DNA of 64,000 nucleotides from Psilocybe cubensis (Eukaryota): NCBI GenBank assembly GCA_017499595.2, contig CM039007.1, positions 2,418,001 to 2,482,000 of the forward strand, read 5' to 3'. Shown piece by piece: positions 28,051 to 38,684 of this stretch (position 1 is its first letter; each line of letters starts with the position of its first letter). The notes under the pieces were generated by a model. It saw only the letters and a program-made list of their open reading frames with translations, ran no database searches and was not told where the DNA came from. The position numbers and the translations under genes were made by a program.

Positions 28051-28485
28051 TTATCCAATGACGATGTTAGCACTGAGGTTGTTTCCGGTGGCAACAGTGT
28101 ACACAACGTTGACCGTCCTGCCATTCTTGGCGGTAGCGCTGCACGACGCGAGCTGCTTCTCCCTCTGCGCGGACTGGGCGTTACCTCCGGCATAGTACAG
28201 CGGGTGGAGCGTAGTCGCCGTCTGGCTGGTGGGGATATCGGTGATGATGTCGCACCATCGCACGTAGTTGTGCACGCCCAGCACGACGGCGTGGCTCTCG
28301 CCGCTGTCAGAGGCGAAGCGGAGAATACCAGACGTGCCGCTGCCGCCCATGGTGAGGGTCGTTTGCTGCGCGGAGTCGGGCGTCCAGGTGCCGCCGTTGG
28401 CGTAGTTCCAGACAGTCTTCTCCACGGGCCTGAAGAAGGCGTTGGTGTTGGTCTGGTAGGTGCGGGTGGCAATGGAGTAACTCAT
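28051..28485 (-). CDS. Fungal fruiting-body lectin (actinoporin-like, ABL/XCL family), copy 1, 144 aa
   Basis: MSYSIATRTYQTNTNAFFRPVEKTVWNYANGGTW...LTMGGSGTSGILRF...GVHNYVRWCDIITD are signature motifs of the Agaricus bisporus/Xerocomus lectin family. No signal peptide; strong C-ending codon bias. Confidence 0.93.
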   Translation of the reverse strand: MSYSIATRTYQTNTNAFFRPVEKTVWNYANGGTWTPDSAQQTTLTMGGSGTSGILRFASDSGESHAVVLGVHNYVRWCDIITDIPTSQTATTLHPLYYAGGNAQSAQREKQLASCSATAKNGRTVNVVYTVATGNNLSANIVIG

Positions 28486-28673
28486 GTTGTCTGGTAGGAA
28501 TGTTATCAGAATCTCAAATACCAATTGTGAAGAATATCATCATACCTCTGCGTAAACTGGATTAGTTGAATAGAAAAATCAGTAATCAACCAAAGAGAGA
28601 ACACGATGCAAGAGCTAACCTGTAAGCGACTGGAGAAGCTTAGAGAATGAGGGATAAAGTCAAGTCCACTGGC

Positions 28674-28680
28674 TTTTATA
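28674..28680 (-). promoter_or_regulatory. TATA box of lectin copy 1
   Basis: TATAAAA on the minus strand, at the same position as in copy 2, upstream of a pyrimidine-rich start region. Confidence 0.6.
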
Positions 28681-30319
28681 CCGCGTGAGGACAGCTTTAC
28701 TAGCCAGCAATTCTAACTCATACATATTGCTTATTATGGTATAGCCACCTAATTCCGTTATCATGTTCCGTTTGACAATCCGACTAAATAAAGCGCCCTG
28801 ATCTTAGTAGGGAAGTCCAAGTACACCAGAAGTCGCAAATCAATAAAGAACCACAATATATATCTATTATATATGTATGTAAATCGGCCAAGAAACGAGT
28901 TGCATAGTACAAGGGGAATATGGTCACGTACAAATTTCATGCATATTTGTGCGAGCGAATTCAGTAGTTTTAAGTGCGAAGATCATCGGAAATAATGAAT
29001 GTTGATAGCTGGCAAGCGATCGAGCAGGCGAGTGGTAAGTAGGGTTTATTCGCTGTCGCTCAGACGAGTCGGCAAAGCATCGAACGAAAACTTGAAATGT
29101 GAGAAAACTCTTTCTTTATTGTGTTATATCCGTCTGTAGACCTAGAGCAAGTTGGAGTTCCAACTTTTTTGAAAGATTCGGGTTTTAGATTATGGGCAAA
29201 CGTTAGTTTTAAGTGTGAGTACTCAGTATAGCCATGATCTATTAGTATAGCCAATTCTGGAGTTAACGTATGGGTTTCGACACTAAAGTAGGAAAGGTGT
29301 ACTTCTAGACTATATTACCTGTATCGACTCTGCAGTCTGAGCTAAAACCAATCTTGACAGCACGAAACACCAAGATGGAACAATCAATTGAACGCATTCC
29401 AGATTGCGCAAAGTGCGATACAGAGAGAAAGAAAGACATAACAATAGGCGCAGTGCTAGTATTTAACGCTTTAACGCCATGAGGAACGTTGTTGGGCTTT
29501 GAGAATTGAAAAGTAGTCTAAACACTTTCAATGTTACCTTCCCTTCCAAGAACGAAGATGTGCAGCAGAGACAGTCAAATGGACAATCCCACCATCATTG
29601 AACCATTGCATATCCTAGCGCAGCTAGGCCGGATCTTCAACAAAGGACGGGCGCCTGTTTCCCTCGTGGATAAAAATAAAACAAACAAGTGCTTCAGTTT
29701 AAGTAGCTCACGGAAATTGCCGACTTCTAGACGGCGTGTTGCTGTTATTTATTTATTCTCCGATCCGAAGAGAGCACTTTAGACGATAGGCGATTTACCA
29801 GTCACTGACAGACAGCTTGTTCCATTTGAGCATACTATTCTACTAACATTTCTATTGAAGGTCGAGGTTCTCGTATCCGCACAGGCCCCGAATCATTTTA
29901 GTTATCACTTTGGTCCGTTGAATTCTTTCTCTCGTAAATTTTGTGCTATGATTCTGTCCGTGTGTACATACACTCCGATGTGTAATACAAGCTGGTAAAT
30001 TGGATGTTAAGATGGGTTTCCACGCCAACAAAAAAATTGTACTTTTTCAAGAATATTCGTTCGTGACCATAGCTTCCCCTTACTATGCAACTCGTTTCTT
30101 GGCCGATTTACATACATATATGATTGATATGTATTGTTCTTTTATTGATTTGCGACTTCTGGTGGATTTAGGCTTCGCTACTAAGTTCAGGTCCAGCGCT
30201 TTATTTAGTCTCATTGTCAAACGGAACATGATGTTAACGGAATTAGGTGGCTATACCATAATAAGTAATACGTGTGCTACGAGTTACAATTGCTGGCTAG
30301 TAAAGCTGTCCTCACGCGG

Positions 30320-30326
30320 TATAAAA
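30320..30326 (+). promoter_or_regulatory. TATA box of lectin copy 2
   Basis: TATAAAA about 55 nt before the first 5'UTR intron donor at 30381. Confidence 0.6.
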
Positions 30327-30514
30327 GCCAGTGGACTTAACTTTATCCCTCATTCTCTAAGCTTCTCCAGTCGCTTACAGGTTAGCTCTTGCATCGTGTT
30401 CTCTCTTTGGTTGATTACTGATTTTTCTATTCAACTAATCCAGTTTACGCAGAGGTATGATGATATTCTTCACAATTGGTATTTGAGATTCTGATAACAT
30501 TCCTACCAGACAAC

Positions 30515-30949
30515 ATGAGTTACTCCATTGCCACCCGCACCTACCAGACCAACACCAACGCCTTCTTCAGGCCCGTGGAGAAGACTGTCTGGAACTACGC
30601 CAACGGCGGCACCTGGACGCCCGACTCCGCGCAGCAAACGACCCTCACCATGGGCGGCAGCGGCACGTCTGGTATTCTCCGCTTCGCCTCTGACAGCGGC
30701 GAGAGCCACGCCGTCGTGCTGGGCGTGCACAACTACGTGCGATGGTGCGACATCATCACCGATATCCCCACCAGCCAGACGGCGACCACGCTCCACCCGC
30801 TGTACTATGCCGGAGGTAACGCCCAGTCCGCGCAGAGGGAGAAGCAGCTCGCGTCGTGCAGTGCTACGGCCAAGAATGGCAGGACGGTCAACGTTGTGTA
30901 CACTGTCGCCACCGGAAACAACCTCAGTGCTAACATCGTCATTGGATAA
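30515..30949 (+). CDS. Fungal fruiting-body lectin, copy 2 (protein identical to copy 1)
   Basis: Same 144-aa translation. The ATG (context ACAACATG) directly follows an intron acceptor at 30509. Confidence 0.93.
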   Translation: MSYSIATRTYQTNTNAFFRPVEKTVWNYANGGTWTPDSAQQTTLTMGGSGTSGILRFASDSGESHAVVLGVHNYVRWCDIITDIPTSQTATTLHPLYYAGGNAQSAQREKQLASCSATAKNGRTVNVVYTVATGNNLSANIVIG

Positions 30950-31272
30950 ACACCACATTTTGGGTATGTCTTTATAACATTTACAATGATAAAATTAAAA
31001 ATAACTGCTTCGTTTAGGACTCATGGGTAGTGAAAGTGACCTATGTGTATACACGGTTCACGTTGTGTCTTCACTTTAAAAAATATAATATAAAGATTAC
31101 CGATATTCTAAAGCTATAAGAATTCTTTCAGAGTAAGACACGGCCGAATAACGATAGACATGCATCAGTTGGTTGAGAACAAGAATCACAAAGCTTTCAG
31201 TTTCTAGTTATTTTAAGTTTGTCTTGTAATGTATACGCAAGCTGGCATACACTCATTACATCGCTCTCCCTC

Positions 31273-33013
31273 TCAAACCGTATCCGGATCCACCAACCCA
31301 CTCTCTTTCCCCATCTCCATGCCCAGACTGTGTACCCTCCGTCCGTCCAGACCTGCACCTCCACGTCCCCCGTACAAAATCGGATCATAGCGCTGGCTTT
31401 GCGCGGTGTAACTGCAACTCCTTCGCGGAAGCTCGTGCTGCAGCTGGGCCCGCTGTGGATTTTCATGTTGCGGTTCAGAGGGCGAAGGCGAGGGCGAGGT
31501 TGGAGTCAAAGTCGACGGAGGGTCCGTGGTATACATCGACATCGACATCGACGTGTTTACCTGTGAAGAAATCGAAGGCATACGAATACGCGCATCGCGA
31601 TCCGAATATACTCCGAGTCCCTTCCCGGACCCGGACGCGTCTCTACCAGAGTAGGTATTCGCGCTCATACTGTCATTTTCAAGTCGCACTGTGACAGGGT
31701 AAGGGTAAGGGTAAGCCAAGGACTCCTCGTTGAACCTGGATTCGCGCTGCAATGTACCACTTCCAAATCCCGAGTTCGTGTTCGTGTTCATGTTTATGTT
31801 CGAGTTCGAGTTCGAGTTCGGGTCCGACGACGACGACGATTGTTGCTGATGAGATAGTATAGCAGCGCGTTCGCGTTCACGTTCAACGTCGCTTTGAAAG
31901 TTTCCAACGCCAGTGCTAGTGCTAATGTTCGGCGCACTCGAACCCGAACCCGACTTCTGCCTCTGCCTCTGCACAATCGGCATCCGGCGTCTAGCCTGCG
32001 TGCGTCGCAAAAAAAAAATTCAAAAAAGGAGTGGGTAATAAGCCACCGTACACCCCAAATAAAAACGCGGAATACAAAGAAAACGCGAAACAAAAACAAA
32101 AATAAACCCCAACGCACATTAACCAGCCAATTCGACACCTGCACGCCCGAAAGCCCCGTCTGCGCGCCCAATTCCCTTTTCTCCCGCTCGCTCGGGTACG
32201 GGTAGTCCGCGTGCGCGATCACCCACGCGCGCAGGTGTTGGGTGACTTCGCGTGTGAAGGTCGGTTTGCGTTTCGTTTGGGTTTGGGTTTGGGTTTGCTT
32301 GCGCTTTGTCTGGTTATCTGAATTTGGGGTATTTGAATTTGGGATGTTGGAGGTGTTGGAGGTATTCGAGGTATTTGGACTATTGGAGGTATCTGGATTT
32401 ATGTTATCTGGATTTGGGGTATTTGAGGTATTTGAATTTGGGATTTTGGAGGTGTTGGAGGTAGTGTTAGGCTGAATGCGAGTGCCGGCGCGGGTGCGCG
32501 GGCGCGCGCGGTGTACGCGCGCGGGTCCTGGTCCTGGCGCGGGCGCGGGCGCAGGTGCCACACGCGTGCCCTGCGCGCCTGCGCCTGCGCTTTGTACGAT
32601 GCCAGGGCCGGAGCCGGGGCTTTGTGCGATGACACCCCTCGTACCCGTCCTCGCGCTGGTGTTCGCGCTCGCGCTCGCTATCGATTCCGGATCCTGCGAC
32701 TGTGTCGACTGTGTCGATGTCGATTGTATAGCTATAGCTGCACCTACACCTCCACCGCATCCGCCTGCGCCTGCGCCTGCGCCTTCCCCCGCCCCCGCTC
32801 CAGCCCCCGCCCCCGTCTTCGCTCCATTCCGACCGTCCTAGATACACAATTTGCAAAGTTCCACAAAGTGGCATATACATTTTTGAATGGTTTTGAATGA
32901 CGGCATCGGCATCAGCGTTAAAGTTGGAGTTAAAGTTGGCGAAGCGAGGGGAAACGCGAACGTGAACGTCAAAAAGTCAATAGTCAAAGTCAAAGTCAAT
33001 AGAATGGTTAGTG

Positions 33014-33044
<31 letters not shown>

Positions 33045-33172
33045 TGGTTATTTTAACGTTCGTATAATTAGATCGAAATGAGAATGCGTACCGTGATGTT
33101 AAACTTCAACTCGGGTGCGCGTCCGAGTCCGAGGCTATCACCTTGACCGTGCAGATGCGGATGCGGATGCAT
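31273..33172 (-). CDS. TALE-class (KN/Cup9/Hom1-like) homeodomain transcription factor, 3 exons, ~507 aa
   Basis: Exons 33172-33092, 32837-32118 and 31995-31273 join in frame. Homeodomain [56 protein letters not shown] has the TALE PYP loop and an intron inside helix 3. Exon 1 is less certain. Confidence 0.85.
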
Positions 33173-34084
33173 CGCGAGAGTCACACTGTGTGGCTTGAGT
33201 GTAGCGCGACTGCCAGTGCCACCAATGGTCCAGGACAGGTATCCCAACGCTCCGTTATTTCAGCCCAGATGCAGAGAGATACAAGGCTATCGACGCGTAG
33301 ACGCGTAGCTCGAGGATGGCAATTTCGAGAGATTCGAGGGTGGAGGATCGAGGTTCGGTGGCGGGTCGAAGAAAAACAGCTCAAGCTCAAGAGGTATTAA
33401 TAGTACCCAATGTCAGTGCCAGTGCCAGTGCCAGTGCCAGTGTTGTGTTGAATGGGTGGGGGTGGTCTAAGCGCCTACTTCCCCCATGCCCTGGCCCACT
33501 GCGCTCAGATTCAGATCACGTTGTTGGGGAGGAGGAACAATGCGGTCTTTGAATTCGAATTCGAATTCGAATTGGCGAATTCTTTGATCTTTGATCGTCA
33601 TTGCTCAATTAATATTAATGCCGTCCCCGTGAGCCGAATGATAAAATCGTAATGACGATAGTGCTAGGTGTTAGTGTTAATAGCTGCAAAGAAAGCAAAA
33701 AGAGAAAAAGAAAAAGACACAAAATAAAATAAAATAAAAAAGAGGATAGTATGACACCAAAAGCAAACAGTAAACCATACAATCATGCATCCTCTGAATC
33801 AGTCACCCGAACATGAACGAAAGTAAAAAAGGAAAGATAAAATTGAGATGAGATTTGTGATAAGCTGTAATGTGATAAGTTGTAATGTGATAAGTTGTGT
33901 TGAGTTGTGTTACGATGTGATATGAATGTGAATGAATCCAGAGCCGTCATAAATGAAAATGAAACGAAAAGATGAAACGAAACGAAAAACGAAAAAAGAA
34001 AGAAAGAAAAAAATGATATACGTAAGTAAACGATAAGAACGAAAAAAAAAAGCCAACACGAGCACCACCCCTCAAACCCCCACC

Positions 34085-37000
34085 CTACGCACGAATCCGC
34101 CACCCATCACCCTTCCTACTAACCCTGCCCACACCCCCAAACCCCTCTCTAACCACAAGCCACAACCCAGTACTACACACCATATCCTTGATCTCTTCCG
34201 CTGTTAGTGTGAGGCCCGTGTAGGGTTCCCTTTCCTCTCCTCCTGTTCCTGTTCCTGCTCCTCCTTCTCTCCTTTCCCCTCCTGCACCTGCACCTGCACC
34301 CGCTCCTGAAGAACCCTGCGTCTGCCCACCACCCAAACCAAACCCAAACCCAGACCTCCTCAAAACCCCCATCCGCTCAACCTCCACATCCGGCAACGGG
34401 AACGGCACTTTAAGCATAGCTACCACCTTCGGATGATGCGGTGTCGGCGAGAGCGTGCCCACTTTTATGCGGAGTGTTTGCGTGCCTGTTGCGTCTGTTG
34501 TTATTCTGCTGTCTGTTGTTGTTGGCTGCGACGACGGGGCGTTGGGATACGCGTTGGCGTTGGCGTTGGCGTACGCATTTGACTGCGACGGCACAGGAAC
34601 AGGCACAGCATGCGCAGGCCGTCGAATCTTGAGCGTACACACCCAAGGCGTCTCCGAATCCTCCGGATCGCTCTCCTCCCCTCCTCCTCCCCCATCTCCT
34701 CCTCCTGCACCCTCATCAGACGCAGCAGTGGTACTAAAACTGCCCGTGCTCATCCGATGGCGTCTCTTACTCGTGCTCTCCGATCTTCTTGTGCTATTTC
34801 CATTCCCAACGCCATTCCCGCTCCCGCTCCTCTGCTCAACCTCCCCATCGCTCTCCCCCCTCTCCCTCTCAGCATAACTCGCCTCTTTCCCCCTCTCCCT
34901 CTCCCTCCCCTTGGCTTTGGACTTGGATTTCGACTTGGATTTAGACTTCCCCTTCGCCCTCTTCCACTCAAACCTAACCTCAACACCCCCATACAAAAGC
35001 GGCGCGGGGCCACCCACCTCCCTTTCCCTCTCCCTCTCCCTCTCTCTCTCCCTCTCCCTCTCTCTCTCTCGCTCCTTTTCTGATTGTTTAGAGGATTGTT
35101 TGGATAATTTGGATTTATCTTTTTTGGATGGTTTTGATTTAAGTGATGTTGTCGTTGTCGTTGTCGTTGATGTTGTCGTTGATCCTGATCCTGGTTTTGC
35201 AGAGGAAGTTGGATCTGGATCTGGATTCGAACTTGAACCCGCATCACCTCCTCCTCCTCCTCCACCACCACCACCACTCTCCCCCTCCCTCTCCCTCTCC
35301 CTCTCCTTCCCAGCACCACGCAACACACCAAACACACCCGTCTCTCCAAACGGATTCCTACCACCCAAATTCCTCCCTCCCAAGTTCATCCCACCAAGAT
35401 TAAGATTCAAATTCAAATTCAAATTCGCCCCCACACCCGACAAAGCCATCGACATCGACGGAGAAGGACGCCGTTTGAGCCACTTCCTTACGAGCCAGAC
35501 GTACATTAACGCGCGCTGGTTTTGTAGTGGGTTATTCGAATTCGAGTTTGAATTTGAGCCGGAGAAGGAACTGGAGTCGTGGCTTTCCGAATTCCGCGGG
35601 CTCATCGTCATCGACGCAGCGAGCGCCGCTGACGAGGCGTACTGCTGCTGCTGGTGATGCTGATGTGGATACTGCTGCTGTGGATACCCATACCCCGACC
35701 CCGACCCATACCCAGAAGCAGAGTTGGAATTGGAAGCAGAGACGAACGTAGGCTGGATCCCTAATATCGGCGGGCGCAGCTGCAGCTGCTGCTGTTTCGT
35801 GCTCAGGTTCACATTAATGTTACTAAAGTCTTCGCGCTGAGGTTGATGTGGGGGGAGTTGGATTTGCGGATGTGGGTAGAGGTTCTGGTATTGCGGGTGC
35901 TGGTGCTGGTGCTGGTGCTGGTGCTGCTGTTGCTGCTGGAATGGAGGTTGGGTTTGTTGATACTGCTGGTGGTGCTGTGGGTGCCCATACCCATTGCCAT
36001 CAAAACTCAGACTCACAGGGGGACTACTGCTCCGCACCCTCTCCCTCTCCCTCTCCCTCTCCCTCTCCCTGTCATTTTCCCGCTCCCGCTCCCAGCTACC
36101 ATCCCAACTCCGCTCCGTATCCCTCTCCCTATCCCGACTGCGCTCCCGCTCAACAAGACTATGCCGACTGCTCCGCGCACTCCCATTCCCTGTACTCGCA
36201 TTCGCATTCGCATTCCCTGCGCCTCCTCCCACACTCCCACTAATCCCAGTATTCCCACCCGCACTTCCATTCCCCGTATTATTACCATTCCCTCCTGTAC
36301 CGTTCCCCGTACTACCACCCGCCCCCGCCCCACTCCCACTAGAGCCAGACCCCCCAAGCACAGCAGACAACCGTGCCCTATTACTCCTCAACGTCGCTCT
36401 GAACGGGGAAGTTAGGGCTGAGGCTAACGTTTGGACTGGGAATTGGGATTGGGATTGGCTTTGACTCTGGGTACGCGCGTGCGCGTGCGTTTTCTCCCTG
36501 TCCCTGTCCCTGTCCCTGTCTTTTTCTCTTCCACTATCTTCCTCTCTCTCCTGATCTCTCTCCCTCTCCCTCTCCCTCTCCCACCCCTCCTCCTCCTCCT
36601 CCTCCCCCTCCACCCTATCCTTCTCCCTAGCAGACCCCATCCCACCAACCCCACCAATATCACCCTGCCGCGGCGTCAGCGCCCCAAACAGCATCGGTGT
36701 AGGCGTGGGCGTAGCCTGCGCCGACAACGGAGAAGTCGGCGAGAGGAGCGGTTCTTGCAGTGCTGGGGGGCGTTTTTTGTCGTTTGGTGCTGCTGTTGTG
36801 TTTGATGTTGTTGTTGATGGGGCGGGTGTGGTTGAAGATGTGGAAGATGAGGCGGGATGAGGGGCGGGATAAGTGGTAGAAGTGGCGGGATAAGTGGAAG
36901 AAGACGAAGACGATGCGGGATTGGCGTTGGCGTTGGCGTTGGCACTAGCATAAGGCGTAGACCCAGATGTAGAAGTAGCAGAAGAAGAGATATTACTCCG

Positions 37001-38684
37001 CTTATTAAACAACTTGTTAAACAAATTTCTCTTCTGCGGCGCTTGTGCTTGTGCTTGTGGTGGTACGTGCGCTGGTACGGGCGCGGGCGCTTGCTGCACC
37101 TGCACCTGCATTGGAATTGGGATCGGCATTCCTTGTGGCATCGTCTGCGGTAGTGGATGTGATAGTGAATTCGGGTGAGGCGGCAGTGAATGTGAGTTTG
37201 AGTTGGGATGTGGATGTGGATGTGAATTTGGATGTGAGTTTGGGTTCGAGTTTGAGCTGGGATGTGGAAGTGGTATAGGCGGCGGCGGAGGCGGCGGCAC
37301 GATCGTGCGATCCGACTGCTCCGTCGACATCGCGTTCGCGTTCGTATTCGTGTTTGTATTCCTGTAGTGCAGAGGCGAGGGCGAAGCCGTGCGTAAATTC
37401 GAATACGACTGCGCCTGAGAATGCAACGACGCCGCAGACGACGCCGCAGACGGCGTCACAGGTCTACTCCCCCCTCCTCCCCCTCCTCCCGCATGAAAAA
37501 ACGCTCCTTTAGCCGAAAGCAAGCTCCCATTCCCTCTCCCACTGCCCCCCAAATTCGCGCCCCCCACCCCAAACCCCGTCAAAACAGCGCCCATCTCATC
37601 CACACTAATCCGCATACTCTCCCGCCTCGCCTCCCTCTCCCCGTCCTTCTCGCCCCACACCTCCACCGGCTCCAGCAGCGCCAGATCGATCAGCTCGATC
37701 CCCCTCTTTTGGAATTTCGCGATTTTGGCGTCCGTGCCGGCGTCGACTATGACGTTGGTCAGGACGTTGTGCGCTTGGAGGTTGTATAGAGGTATTATTG
37801 CGCGTCGGGCTGCGGTGGATGTGGAGGTGGAAGAGGTGGATAGGGAGGATGTGAAGGAGGATGTGGATTGGTTCGTTGTGTAGCTGTGCGCGTAGGAGGT
37901 GGATGTGTCTGAGCGGTTTGAGGGCGTGCGTGCGAGCGACGCTCCGCCGGCGCTGCTGCCGAAGCTGGCTGCGGACCGCGGTGTGGTGTTGGTACTTTCA
38001 TTACCGCTTGTGCTGGAGCGCGGGACGACGCCCGAGGGCGGTTTGCCGTGCGGAGGGACGAGCTGGACTTGGAGGTTGAGCGGGTGGTTCGATTTGGAGG
38101 GTGGGGGGCGGACGAAGATGAATGTCTGGATAGGTTAGGTTAGCAGATTGGATGGATGGATGGATATGGATATGAACAGGCTGGGTGGATGGGGCGGAGT
38201 GGATTGGATTGGGTGGTATGCTTGGCGCCTGTGTGCAGTATGGGCGAGGAAGACGGAGATGAGGATCGGATCGAGGTAAGCCAGGTCTAGCTTCTCAGTT
38301 AGTAAGGATTGCAGTACTAACGACTCTAACCACTTACAACCAATCCAATCCCAATGCAAAAACACATCCACCCAACCCACCCACAGAGAGCTGAGAACAA
38401 CACAAAACACAAAAGCTCACCTCATTAGCCAATTTCTCTTTCTCCTTGCCCTTATGCGGCCGCGCCGCAGAGTCATTCGCATAATCATGCGCTACAACCG
38501 AGCGCGAGTCTCCCTCCCCCTCTCCCTCCCCCTCTCCCTCTCCCTCCGCATCTCCATCCCCATCAGGATCGTCGTCGTCGTCGGTGTCCGGGTTGATGTT
38601 GGGTCGGGGCAGCTCAGGCTGCTGGTGCTGGTTTATGTGATTATGCAGCGCTGCGGGGAGGAAGGACGCGAATGTGGATAGCAT
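34085..38684 (-). CDS. Large low-complexity protein of unknown function with ordered blocks, 2 exons, ~1434 aa
   Basis: Exon 1 38684-38421 (MLSTFASFLPAAL...), intron GTGAGC..CCAG, exon 2 38125-34085 fully open. Ordered blocks: TFIFVRPPPSKSNHPLNLQVQLVPP; IIPLYNLQAHNVLTNVIVDAGTDAKIAKFQKRGIELIDLALLEPVEVW; C-terminal PWVCTLKIRR...LTAEEIKDMVCSTGLWLVVREGFGG. Confidence 0.8.

Larger units (their letters stand above)
27805..31210. repeat. Long inverted repeat: arms ~27805-28930 and ~30060-31210, spacer ~1.13 kb
   Basis: The arms are reverse complements over promoter, 5'UTR introns, lectin CDS and 3' flank. They are near-identical centrally and more diverged at the ends. Confidence 0.95.

Noticed and set aside
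30476..30514. 13-aa N-terminal extension (MVFEILITFLPDN) of the lectins in the ORF track, also 28486-28524
   Set aside because: It begins at TTG inside a predicted 5'UTR intron; family members start at the MSY-equivalent Met.
27805..31210. Inverted arms as transposon terminal inverted repeats
   Set aside because: The arms are whole lectin genes; the spacer has no transposase-like ORF and I saw no target-site duplication.
31273..33172. Homeobox gene as a mating-type A (HD1) locus
   Set aside because: No divergent HD2 partner and no mitochondrial intermediate peptidase or beta-flanking gene nearby; the domain looks KN/Cup9/Hom1-like.
34400..38140. Many overlapping plus-strand ORFs with poly-LS/LP/VL runs
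   Set aside because: Antisense shadows of the repeat-rich minus-strand gene; stop-poor because of low complexity.
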